This document shows positions 17,254 to 26,602 of a stretch of 64,000 bases of DNA, piece after piece (position 1 is the first letter of the stretch; every line of letters begins with the position of its first letter). Below the pieces are notes generated by a model. The model was given only the letters and a program-made list of their open reading frames with translations. It was not told where the DNA came from and did no database searches. This DNA comes from Candidatus Zambryskiibacteriota bacterium (GTDB lineage: Bacteria > Patescibacteriota > Minisyncoccia > Phycocordibacterales > DATDWN01). The stretch is taken from contig JAHFOB010000002.1 of assembly GCA_023267045.1 (NCBI GenBank), positions 2,032 through 66,031 of the forward strand. The letters are read 5' to 3'. A program made the translations under genes and the position numbers.

Positions 17254-17540
17254 AAATAAATATTGACTCTATCACACTACTGTATTCTCGTGATGTTTTT
17301 CTTTTTTCTACAATAATATCTGTAAATAGTGAAATATGACTAAAATAGTCGCTTTTTTAGCGATTTTTCGTCTTTTTCTCGTTTCCTATCAATTTTTTTA
17401 TTAATAATTAGCAAAAATACATGATTTTGTGGTGGTCAAGTCTTGCACTTAAAATACTTGAGTGTTATTTTATTGTTAAGAGTGTGTCGTTTTTTTGATT
17501 TAAGTTTTAATAATAAATTTATAAATTAGTTTTTTATAAC

Positions 17541-20528
17541 ATGAAAAAAATATTTTCTTATTTGACTGTCCTATCAATGGTTATTTCCACTATAGGGGCT
17601 TTTCCGCTAACAGCAAGTGCACATCAGAATAAATTTGACTGGACACCACACTCCGTTTTTCATAATGGTCACGAACACGGAGATCAAGGTGATGATGAAA
17701 AAGGTGATAAAGATGATAATGAAGATCATGATGACCATGAGTCCAAAGGTTCAATCACAGTTTGTAAAATAATAATCAAACCAGATGGTACGACAGTAAC
17801 TGACGGAAGTGAATTATCGTCACCAACAAGTGTTACTGTCCCTGGGGGAACAGTCCCAAACAACTCTCACGGTTATGCTCTCTCTGTAACTACTTTCACT
17901 ACTCCTCTCTCAATGACAGACGGCTTTCTTGATTCCAGTGGGGAGGAAAATGACGCTCAATGTGTCACATATAGCGATTTGAAAATCGGAAGCTACTATT
18001 ACGGACAGGAAACAGCAACTGATCCTTCTCTATGGGATTCTACTATGTACAATGATCAGTTTTCTAACACAGTAAATGATGTTACTGATTTCTATTCATA
18101 TAATACTGACGGTACTCAAAACGGTTACAATTCCGACGGTGTTATTACACTTACAAAAAATAAACCAAATAGAACTCTTATTGTTCTAAACAAACTAAAA
18201 ACCCCACCCACCTCAACTATTGTTGCTACGAAAATCGTCTGTGATAATGAGTCCGACTTGCCAAACTGGGGTTCCGGCGGTCCTGATATAACAGATACAA
18301 CTGCTAGCACTTTCATATCTACCCACCCAAATTGTCATTTAGCATCTGATTGGCAATTCCAGTGGGTTAAGGATTCTGACTCAAATACAAACCCCGGAGA
18401 TAATGTACTGACTCCAGCTAGTTCTCCTTGGACAACAATGCCATCTACAAACGGTTCTGGACAAACTTCAGTCACGGTTCCAGCAGGTTCCAAAATATGG
18501 GTTCGTGAAGTTTTGAAAGACGGTTATGTTCCATTTACTTTCAACACAAATAATCAGACTAACGTAGATAACGTTTCCGCTGAAATTTACTGTAACACCG
18601 ACGTTTTGAATTATGATAACTGGGATTGGATTGATCCAGTCATAGCGGGACAGACTTACCAATGCGTTGCTTTCAACGCTCTAAAACAGGCTCCTCCGAC
18701 TCTAGATATACAAAGCTGTGGTGTTGTACAGTCACCATATCCACCTTCTGGTGAAATGTTATCTCCTACGACATACGACTATTCGGGCCCAAACGACCCA
18801 GGTGATTCTACATCAGGAAATCAAGTTGATCACAAATGGGTTCATGTACACCAAACTCCTGTAGTTTGGGATATGATAACTCCTACAGACACAGCTTATC
18901 TAGTTCCAAGTATTGATCACGATCCTTTCCCAGCCGAATCTCACGAAGCAACACTTTTCGGATCTGACAGTCCAACTGGTCCTTGGGTAGCCGGAATAGA
19001 AACAACAACTTTCCCTCTCGGTCCTACAAGTTGGATTTCTGATAACGACACAACTTCATGGAAATTTGGACAAGCATACAGATATATTTCTGCTACAGCC
19101 GGAGGAACATTGCAAAACGATGGTGATGCAGAGATTGACGCCGTTTGCAGTCCAGAAGTCATTCCTCCACCTATTTGTGACCCAGGGCAAGAGTTAATCC
19201 AGAATGGCTCGTTTGAAACACCAGCAGTTCCTTTGGCAAGTTGGGATATCTTTCCTTCAGGTGCGATTTCGCTTGATTGGGTTGTGTCATGGTTTGGTGG
19301 ATCAACAACCTTTGGTTCTGGAACAAGACCGACTGTTGCAAACCTTGAAATCCAGACTAATGGGCTAAATAGTTCAATTGCTTCAAATGGCACACAGTTT
19401 GCCGAACTTGATACTGATTGGGATGGACCTTCAGGATCACTAAACGGTGAACCAGCTTCTGTGGCAATATCTCAAAATATTACTACTGTTCCTGGAACAG
19501 ATTATAAATTGACTTATGATTTTTCACCTAGACCAAATACTGGTTCTTCAGAAAATAAACTGGAGGTTATTTGGGGTGGAGTACTTGGTGATACGGTTGG
19601 GCCTATAGTCGGAGGGGTTAGTACGATATGGTCATCACATACTCTAAACTTTACTGCAACAAGTACAAACACATTTATTACATTCCGTGATGCTGGGACG
19701 CCAGAGGATTCGCTCGGTACTTTGCTTGATAATGTAAGTCTACGATGTGTACCACCAGAAAATATTCCGGAATGTGATGAAGGTGAGCATCTAAATATAG
19801 ACAACGAATGCATAAGTGATGATGTTCCACCACCTACAGATGTTTGTCCAAATATAGACGGTAACCAGTCAACAGTTCCTGAAGGTAAACATCTAAATAA
19901 TGATGGCCAGTGTGTTCCTAACGGAGATGATAACGATGATGAGGATGAAAATACACCAACTGATGTTTGTCCAAATATAGACGGTAACCAGTCAGAAGTT
20001 CCAAGTGGAAAACATAAAAACGACGACGGTCAGTGCGTAGATAACACAACAACAGAATCTACAAATGACGAAAATAATGGCGGTGGCGGTGGAGGAGGTG
20101 GTGGCGGTAATGGTCCGGGTGGAAACAATGGCCCTATAAACTTCGGATTTGTTAATGGTGGAAATGGCGGTGGAGGCGGTAATGGTGCGCCACAGGGACA
20201 AGTTCTTGGTGCATCTTGCACACCTTATCTTGATTCATACATTGGTTTTGGAAAGAAAAATAATCCAGATCAGGTTAGGAAACTTCAAGAGTTCCTTAAT
20301 GAATATCTAGGTCTTCATATACCAGTTACAGGGTTCTTCGGGCCACTTACATATAACGCCGTAAAACAATTCCAGATACAAGAAAACATAGATATTATTG
20401 GTCCATGGTCAAAACTTGGGTTGCTCAAGGACAAAGAAGCAACCGGATATGTTTACAAGACAACAAAGAGAAAAATAAATCTGATAAAATGTTCTGAACT
20501 AGACATACCAATACCACAGTTACCTTAA
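17541..20528 (+). CDS. large secreted/surface protein (995 aa) with a C-terminal peptidoglycan-binding domain
   Basis: Signal peptide; His/Asp-rich stretch (HEHGDQGDDEKGDKDDNEDHDDHE); triplicated DVCPNIDGNQS.VP.GKH.N.DGQCV modules; poly-Gly tracts; C-terminal VRKLQEFLNEYLG...GFFGPLTYNAVKQFQ matches PG_binding_1. Confidence 0.6.
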   Translation: MKKIFSYLTVLSMVISTIGAFPLTASAHQNKFDWTPHSVFHNGHEHGDQGDDEKGDKDDNEDHDDHESKGSITVCKIIIKPDGTTVTDGSELSSPTSVTVPGGTVPNNSHGYALSVTTFTTPLSMTDGFLDSSGEENDAQCVTYSDLKIGSYYYGQETATDPSLWDSTMYNDQFSNTVNDVTDFYSYNTDGTQNGYNSDGVITLTKNKPNRTLIVLNKLKTPPTSTIVATKIVCDNESDLPNWGSGGPDITDTTASTFISTHPNCHLASDWQFQWVKDSDSNTNPGDNVLTPASSPWTTMPSTNGSGQTSVTVPAGSKIWVREVLKDGYVPFTFNTNNQTNVDNVSAEIYCNTDVLNYDNWDWIDPVIAGQTYQCVAFNALKQAPPTLDIQSCGVVQSPYPPSGEMLSPTTYDYSGPNDPGDSTSGNQVDHKWVHVHQTPVVWDMITPTDTAYLVPSIDHDPFPAESHEATLFGSDSPTGPWVAGIETTTFPLGPTSWISDNDTTSWKFGQAYRYISATAGGTLQNDGDAEIDAVCSPEVIPPPICDPGQELIQNGSFETPAVPLASWDIFPSGAISLDWVVSWFGGSTTFGSGTRPTVANLEIQTNGLNSSIASNGTQFAELDTDWDGPSGSLNGEPASVAISQNITTVPGTDYKLTYDFSPRPNTGSSENKLEVIWGGVLGDTVGPIVGGVSTIWSSHTLNFTATSTNTFITFRDAGTPEDSLGTLLDNVSLRCVPPENIPECDEGEHLNIDNECISDDVPPPTDVCPNIDGNQSTVPEGKHLNNDGQCVPNGDDNDDEDENTPTDVCPNIDGNQSEVPSGKHKNDDGQCVDNTTTESTNDENNGGGGGGGGGGNGPGGNNGPINFGFVNGGNGGGGGNGAPQGQVLGASCTPYLDSYIGFGKKNNPDQVRKLQEFLNEYLGLHIPVTGFFGPLTYNAVKQFQIQENIDIIGPWSKLGLLKDKEATGYVYKTTKRKINLIKCSELDIPIPQLP

Positions 20529-20602
20529 CGCTAAGATAAATTGTAAAAACACAGCTCCGAAAGGGGCTTTGTTTTTTACTATTTTTGTGATTTAATATTG
20601 TA

Positions 20603-21607
20603 ATGAAATGGTTTAAAAAGTACTTTGTCCCACATGACAATAATGACTTTAAACCTCATCTTTTCAGAGAAGCTGGAGCTACAGCTTTGTTCTCTGTAAT
20701 TTTCCTGCTTTTTCTTTTATCAGTTTCAGGAAAGCTTATCTTGATTAGAACGGATTTAACAGCTCTAGTTTTGCCAAAAGTTTTGGTTGATTATGCAAAC
20801 GAAGATCGAGCAACTCAAAACTTTGGACATTTAGCTATTAGTCCTGTGTTAGAGAAGGCTGCTCAATTGAAAGCTAATGACATGGCGATTAAAGGTTATT
20901 TTGCTCATAAAAGTCCGGACGGGCATTCTCCTTGGTATTGGTTTGGGCAAGTTGGATATGACTTTAGTTACGCTGGTGAAAATCTGGCTGTGAACTTTAC
21001 AGACTCTGTCGATGTTAATACTGCCTGGATGAATTCTCCAGGACACAAGGCTAACATAATGAATGGTAATTTTACGGAGATAGGAATTGCCACTGCTGAG
21101 GGTTTTTATCAGGGTAGGAGAACAGTTTTTGTTGTACAGCTTTTTGGTAGGCCATCAGAGGAGGAACCGATAACCGTTACAAAAAAATCGACGACTTCAA
21201 CATTAACAAAAACAGGCACCCAAACACCTTCAACTACGGTTAAATCAGCAACTACAGTATCAGAGACTGTTCTTTCTGAATCAGTCTCGACTGAAGTTTT
21301 GGCACAAAACGGCACGAATGAACTTTACGTTTCTGTACAGAAAAAAAGCAAAGCCACAACATCTACAGAAACTTCGAAATATTCAAATTATTTCTATAAA
21401 TTAGTTGTTTCACCAAACAAAGTTCTAAGATTTGTTTATATGATTCTTGCTTCTATGATTTCACTGACCCTTCTGATGATGATTTTCATAGAATCCAAGC
21501 GTAGACATCCACGCCATATACTGATGGCAATTGGATTTATAGTTATTATTTTAGGTTTACTTTATATTTATCAATCTCTCATTTTTGCTCCATTACTTAT
21601 TGTTTAA
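20603..21607 (+). CDS. CAP/SCP/PR1-like (YkwD family) domain protein with N- and C-terminal TM anchors
   Basis: YFAHKSPDGHSPWYW...GENLA...SPGHKANIMNGNFTEIGIA are CAP-domain motifs; Thr/Ser-rich linker; C-terminal TM. Confidence 0.75.
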   Translation: MKWFKKYFVPHDNNDFKPHLFREAGATALFSVIFLLFLLSVSGKLILIRTDLTALVLPKVLVDYANEDRATQNFGHLAISPVLEKAAQLKANDMAIKGYFAHKSPDGHSPWYWFGQVGYDFSYAGENLAVNFTDSVDVNTAWMNSPGHKANIMNGNFTEIGIATAEGFYQGRRTVFVVQLFGRPSEEEPITVTKKSTTSTLTKTGTQTPSTTVKSATTVSETVLSESVSTEVLAQNGTNELYVSVQKKSKATTSTETSKYSNYFYKLVVSPNKVLRFVYMILASMISLTLLMMIFIESKRRHPRHILMAIGFIVIILGLLYIYQSLIFAPLLIV

Positions 21608-21634
21608 TTTTTGATAAAGTAGGATAATACTTTT

Positions 21635-22192
21635 ATGAATGAACAAAAACTTGAAATCGCCGTGTTTGGGGGAGGATGTTTTTGGTGTACAGAGGCGGTT
21701 TTCAAAATGCTTAGGGGTGTAGCTACTGTTTTGCCTGGCTATGCTGGTGGTAGTATGGAAAATCCTAGTTATGAAAAAGTTAGTGGTGGCAATACTGGTC
21801 ATGCAGAGTGCGTCAAACTAGAATTTGATCCAAGAGAAATTTCATATAAGGATTTACTTACAGTTTTTTTTGGTTCCCATGATCCCACGACATTAAACAG
21901 ACAAGGTAACGATATTGGTACTCAATATCGCTCGGCTATTTTTTATACTACAGAAGATCAAAAAACTACAGCTCTGGATTTCATAAAAGACCTAAATCAA
22001 TCTAACGAAGATGGCAAGACAATAGTTACAGAAGTTGTGCCACTTGACAAGTTTTTTGTTGCAGAGAATTATCACAAAGATTATTATGAGAGAAATAAAG
22101 ATGCCGCATATTGTGAAATAATTATAAATCCAAAATTGGAAAAAGTTCAGAAAAAGTTTGCTAATTTATTAAAAGATCACCCAAAAAACTAA
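21635..22192 (+). CDS. msrA: peptide methionine sulfoxide reductase A
   Basis: AVFGGGCFWCTEAVF...GYAGG...NPSYEKVSGGNTGHAECV...GNDIGTQYRSAIFY. Confidence 0.9.
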   Translation: MNEQKLEIAVFGGGCFWCTEAVFKMLRGVATVLPGYAGGSMENPSYEKVSGGNTGHAECVKLEFDPREISYKDLLTVFFGSHDPTTLNRQGNDIGTQYRSAIFYTTEDQKTTALDFIKDLNQSNEDGKTIVTEVVPLDKFFVAENYHKDYYERNKDAAYCEIIINPKLEKVQKKFANLLKDHPKN

Positions 22193-22197
22193 AAAAT

Positions 22198-22596
22198 ATG
22201 GAAAAAATGGACATAAATGAAGAAGAATTGAAGAAAAAATTAACTCCCGAGGAGTATGCAGTTTTGAGAGGAAAGGGGACAGAAGCACCTTTTTCTGGAA
22301 AACTTTTACATGACAAACGTAACGGCATGTATACCTGCAAAGTTTGCGGGAACGAACTTTTTTCTTCGGATGCTAAGTTTGATTCTGGCACTGGATGGCC
22401 AAGCTTCGATAAAGCCATATCTGGAAGCATCGTAGAGACTCCAGACAACGATATGGGTATGCATAGGACAGAGATAACATGTGCTCGTTGTGGGTCGCAC
22501 CTAGGTCATGTTTTCAATGATGGACCTACTGATACTGGAATGCGATATTGTCTAAATTCAGTCTGTTTGGACCTCGAAGAAAAACCTAAAAATTAA
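22198..22596 (+). CDS. msrB: peptide methionine sulfoxide reductase B
   Basis: CxxC...CxxC zinc site and GWPSF...RTEITCARCGSHLGHVFNDGP...RYCLNS. Confidence 0.9.
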   Translation: MEKMDINEEELKKKLTPEEYAVLRGKGTEAPFSGKLLHDKRNGMYTCKVCGNELFSSDAKFDSGTGWPSFDKAISGSIVETPDNDMGMHRTEITCARCGSHLGHVFNDGPTDTGMRYCLNSVCLDLEEKPKN

Positions 22597-22597
22597 C

Positions 22598-23626
22598 ATG
22601 GATAAAGATTTACTTCAAAAATATTTCTTCGTTGGACTTCTACTTATAGTTTCAGTATTGGTTGGTTTCATTTTTCTTCCTTTTCTGAGTATTTTAGTCT
22701 TATCTTCAATTTTTGGTGTGATTTTAACCCCTCTTCATATAAAAATATCAAAATTTTTTGGTGGCAGAAAAGGTATATCGGCTTTTATTGTAGTTTTGCT
22801 TTTTTGTATAGTTGTTATAATTCCAATGTTTTTCATTTTTATGCAGGTTTTGGGTGAATCAAAAGATCTTTACAGTCAATTGGCAAATCACGATAGTATT
22901 GGATATATACAAAAAATAACTCTAGCCATAGAAAAACCGATACAAAAAATTTATCCGACATTTTCTATAGACCTGAACCAATTCGCCAGTTTTGGGGCAA
23001 ATTGGATTGCTCTGCACTTGAGTTCTATATTATCTAGTGCACTTTCAGTTCTTACCAGCATTGTTTTTATATTTATCTCACTATTCTTTTTCCTTAAAGA
23101 TGGTAGCAAGTTTAAAAAAATGCTAGTTAGCCTTTCGCCACTTCAAGATAAATACGACGAACAAATTTTTGATAAGCTTAAGCAAACAATTACATCCACA
23201 GTACGCGGGGTTTTGCTCGTAGCTATTATTCAAGGAGTTTTGGCTGGTCTAGGGCTTAAAATATTTCACGTTCCACAAGCAATACTGTGGGGGTGTATTG
23301 CTGCCGTAGCATCTGTTATACCTTTCGGCACACTTTCCGTTTATCTACTTTCTATCGCATATATGTATATAACGGGCAATATTCCGTACACTATAGGACT
23401 TGTTTTGTGGACAACTGTTGTTATAGGTCTTGTTGATAATTTTCTTGGTCCATATCTATATTCCAGGGGAGTTGAAATCCATCAACTTGTAATGCTTTTT
23501 GCTATTCTTGGTGGGCTTATAGTTTTTGGCCCGGTAGGATTTATTTTTGGCCCTATTGTTCTGTCTTTGTTTTTTACACTTATAAACATCTATCAGGGTG
23601 TCATTTTGAAAAAAACTTTGTTATAA
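22598..23626 (+). CDS. AI-2E family transporter (UPF0118/PerM-like)
   Basis: About 340 aa, 7-8 TM helices, typical size and topology. The 3' end overlaps the -10 box of the next transcription unit. Confidence 0.55.
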   Translation: MDKDLLQKYFFVGLLLIVSVLVGFIFLPFLSILVLSSIFGVILTPLHIKISKFFGGRKGISAFIVVLLFCIVVIIPMFFIFMQVLGESKDLYSQLANHDSIGYIQKITLAIEKPIQKIYPTFSIDLNQFASFGANWIALHLSSILSSALSVLTSIVFIFISLFFFLKDGSKFKKMLVSLSPLQDKYDEQIFDKLKQTITSTVRGVLLVAIIQGVLAGLGLKIFHVPQAILWGCIAAVASVIPFGTLSVYLLSIAYMYITGNIPYTIGLVLWTTVVIGLVDNFLGPYLYSRGVEIHQLVMLFAILGGLIVFGPVGFIFGPIVLSLFFTLINIYQGVILKKTLL

Positions 23627-23633
23627 TGAGACC

Positions 23634-23740
23634 ATGAATCCCGTTAGAGATTTCAGTTTATTGAAAATTCTTCGGGTAAAATAACATTATTAAATAATTT
23701 GTATATTCAGTAGTTAAAAGCTACTGGTATCTCTAACGGG
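23634..23740 (+). repeat. L-element copy 2 (divergent core) abutting the start codon of 23741
   Basis: ATGA|ATCCCGTTAGAGAT...ATCTCTAACGGG|ATGAAA; TATAAT box at 23622-23627. Confidence 0.8.
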
Positions 23741-24244
23741 ATGAAAACTCCAAAAATATTTGAATCAATTTATCAATTCTTGTTTTCTAATGTAAAGTTT
23801 TCTGTTTTCTGGTTAGTTGTTAGAATTTATTTAGGATGGGAGTGGTTACATGCGGGGTATGAAAAAGTTATAAATCCTATGTGGGTTGGTAAAACTGCGG
23901 GGGGAGCATTAACAGGTTTTATAAATGGCGCTTTAGCAAAAACCGCAGGAGCTCATCCTGATGTGTCTATGTGGTACGCTTGGTTTTTGAAGCACGCAGT
24001 TTTAACATACGTCGTTACTTGGTCAAATTTGGTAGCGTATGGTGAACTTCTTGTTGGTATTGGACTTATTTTGGGTGCTCTAACTTTCCTATCTGCATTT
24101 TTCGGATTCTTTATGAATTTGAATTATCTTTTAGCTGGTACTGTTAGTACGAACCCAGTCCTCTTAATTTTAGCCATTCTTATAATGCTTGCTCACAAAA
24201 CAGCAGGGTATATTGGACTTGATCGCTGGCTTGTTAAGAGTTAG
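23741..24244 (+). CDS. DoxX family membrane protein
   Basis: Four TM helices, RIYLGWEWLHAGYEK..., DoxX-like size and pattern. Confidence 0.55.
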   Translation: MKTPKIFESIYQFLFSNVKFSVFWLVVRIYLGWEWLHAGYEKVINPMWVGKTAGGALTGFINGALAKTAGAHPDVSMWYAWFLKHAVLTYVVTWSNLVAYGELLVGIGLILGALTFLSAFFGFFMNLNYLLAGTVSTNPVLLILAILIMLAHKTAGYIGLDRWLVKS

Positions 24245-24646
24245 TTATTTGTTTGTTGTAGTAGTTGCTTGGCGTATTTGAATCATCGAAGCGGTTAAAC
24301 TTCCGTCGGAGTTTGCTGTACCTGTTCCACTTATTTCTTTTCCGATTTCCAAATCAGTCAGTGTCCCATTTACTGACTTCATTACTGAAGTTGAACTCGA
24401 AAGTATTACTATTTTTGAGCTACCGTCACGCATTTTTATCGTTATACCATTTGGGTCTTTTGAAATTATTTCTCCACTGATTGCTCCGCCTCCTGTAAGG
24501 CCTCTTCCACCACCTTGACCTGGTGTAAAGTTTCCGTTTCTAAAATTTGCAATTATTGCGACTCTTTTACTTTCAGAATATTTCATACCACCATAAAATG
24601 CTATAACTACCAAGACTAATCCCCCTATTATTATTTTCGTATTCAT
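24245..24646 (-). CDS. secreted Gly/Thr-rich hypothetical protein, last gene of the export operon
   Basis: N-terminal TM/signal, GQGGGRGLTGGG. Confidence 0.45.
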   Translation of the reverse strand: MNTKIIIGGLVLVVIAFYGGMKYSESKRVAIIANFRNGNFTPGQGGGRGLTGGGAISGEIISKDPNGITIKMRDGSSKIVILSSSTSVMKSVNGTLTDLEIGKEISGTGTANSDGSLTASMIQIRQATTTTNK

Positions 24647-24669
24647 TTTATTTTTTATTAGTTAATTTT

Positions 24670-25899
24670 TTATTCGTATCTTAACGCATCAATCGGATTA
24701 AGCCCCGCCGCTCTCCTTGCTGGGTAATATCCGAAGATAACTCCTATAAAAGCTGAAACACCAAAAGCTAAAATAACCGATCCCCATGAAACACTGGTTG
24801 TGATAAGTCCGGACCAATTAACCAAAAAAGCTATAAGCCAGCCAAGAATTATCCCACCAGCTCCGCCAACTAAAGTTAAAATTATTGCTTCAATCAAAAA
24901 TTGTTTACTAATGTCAGATTTTTTTGCGCCGATAGCTTTACGTAGACCAATTTCACGGGTTCTTTCAGTTACCGTTGTTAGCATCATGTTCATAATTCCT
25001 ATTCCACCAACGATTAAAGAAATTCCAGCTACGGCCGCAAGTAGATAAGTCAAAGTGTTTGTGATAGATGATGCACTTGAAATAATATCGTTTTGGTTTA
25101 ATACGCTGAAGTCGGCTTGCGTTGAATCAGAGATTTTGTGTCTTGCCAATAAAATATCTGTGATATCTGTTTGAAGTTGTGTCATGACATTTGAATTTGT
25201 GGCCTCTATATCAATAGATGTTAAGTATTGATTACCTGACAAGAAACGTTGGGCGCTTTTTGTTGGCACGTAAATCATGTCGTCTTGGTTGTTAAACCCT
25301 GAACCACCTTTCGAAACTGTAACTCCAATAACTTTAAATTCCATACCCTTTATTCTAATTATTTGTCCTACTGCATCTGCAGGGAGAGCCGTATCGCCAA
25401 AAAGGTCCGTTACAACAGTTGGGCCAATGACAGCAACTTTAGAACTGGATTCATTTTGCGAGTCACTTATAAATGACCCTTGGTCGATTGTGACATTCCT
25501 AATTTCTGGATATGAAGAAGTCACACCGTCGACCGTGGTGTTTGTATTTGTGCCTTTTGCCGTGACCTGATAACGTCCTGAAACTTCTTCAGCCACGGCA
25601 TTTACATTTTGAAGAGTTCTTATGGCATCTGCATCACTCAAAGTCAAAGTTTTAGCTCCACCACGACCCAAACTCACCCCAAAACCCTGACCCCTTTGAG
25701 CTCCTGGAGTAACCATTATAAGGTTTGAGCCAAGAGCTTGAATGTTGGAAGAAATCGAGTTTGATGCTCCAGCGCCAATTGAGACCATGGCAATAACAGA
25801 TGATATTCCAATAACAATACCTAAAACCGTTAATCCCGATCGGACTTTATTTGCCGATAGGGCAGTATATGTTTCTTGTAATACATCAATTATTTTCAT
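24670..25899 (-). CDS. ABC transporter permease, MacB/FtsX family
   Basis: N-terminal TM, large periplasmic domain, C-terminal FtsX motif GIGIMNMMLTTVTERTREIGLRKAIGA. Confidence 0.85.
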   Translation of the reverse strand: MKIIDVLQETYTALSANKVRSGLTVLGIVIGISSVIAMVSIGAGASNSISSNIQALGSNLIMVTPGAQRGQGFGVSLGRGGAKTLTLSDADAIRTLQNVNAVAEEVSGRYQVTAKGTNTNTTVDGVTSSYPEIRNVTIDQGSFISDSQNESSSKVAVIGPTVVTDLFGDTALPADAVGQIIRIKGMEFKVIGVTVSKGGSGFNNQDDMIYVPTKSAQRFLSGNQYLTSIDIEATNSNVMTQLQTDITDILLARHKISDSTQADFSVLNQNDIISSASSITNTLTYLLAAVAGISLIVGGIGIMNMMLTTVTERTREIGLRKAIGAKKSDISKQFLIEAIILTLVGGAGGIILGWLIAFLVNWSGLITTSVSWGSVILAFGVSAFIGVIFGYYPARRAAGLNPIDALRYE

Positions 25900-26588
25900 T
25901 TTGTTTTACTCGTTGATCGATCACTCACTATGACCCCATCTTTTATAGTTATTACTCTTCTGGCATGTTCAGCAACTCCTAGTTCGTGAGTAATTAAAAT
26001 TATTGTTCGACCTTTTTCTTTATTAAGCTTTTCAAATGTTTCTAAAACTATTTCACCAGTTTTTGTGTCCAAATTTCCGGTCGGTTCGTCAGCTAAAATT
26101 AAAGTCGGCTCATTTACTAGTGCTCTAGCAATAGCCACACGCTGTATTTGTCCGCCAGAAATTTCATTCGAATGATGGTTATAATGAGTCTCACTAAGGC
26201 CTGCGGAAGTTAAAGCTTCTTTTGCCCTTCTTTCTCTCTCGTCCCCCTCTACTCCAGCGTAGACAAGGGGAAGCATGACATTTCTCAGGACAGTGGTTCG
26301 TGGAAGCAAGTTGAATGATTGAAAAACGAAACCGATTTTATCTTTACGTATGTCGGCCAGTTCCTCATCAGAAAATTTTGAGACATCTTTTCCATCAAGA
26401 AAATATGTTCCAGATGTTGGTGTATCTAAACAGCCAAGGATGTGCATTAAAGTTGATTTGCCGGAGCCAGAAGGCCCCATGATGGCCACAAACTCGCCAT
26501 CTCTAATTGTAAATGAAACTCCTTTTAACGCCGAGAATGCCGTTTCACCGGAGCCATATGTTTTGTTTATATTTTTTATTTCTATCAT
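25896..26588 (-). CDS. ABC transporter ATP-binding protein (MacB/LolD-like)
   Basis: Walker A GPSGSGKST, signature LSGGQ, Walker B ILADEPTGNLD. Confidence 0.9.
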   Translation of the reverse strand: MIEIKNINKTYGSGETAFSALKGVSFTIRDGEFVAIMGPSGSGKSTLMHILGCLDTPTSGTYFLDGKDVSKFSDEELADIRKDKIGFVFQSFNLLPRTTVLRNVMLPLVYAGVEGDERERRAKEALTSAGLSETHYNHHSNEISGGQIQRVAIARALVNEPTLILADEPTGNLDTKTGEIVLETFEKLNKEKGRTIILITHELGVAEHARRVITIKDGVIVSDRSTSKTK

Positions 26589-26602
26589 GCAGTATTTTAT
26601 TT

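Noticed and set aside
20086-20190. GGC/GGT-rich simple repeats as a candidate CRISPR or VNTR feature
   Set aside because: They are in-frame codons for poly-Gly tracts inside the 995-aa ORF. There are no spacer-repeat periodicity and no cas genes.
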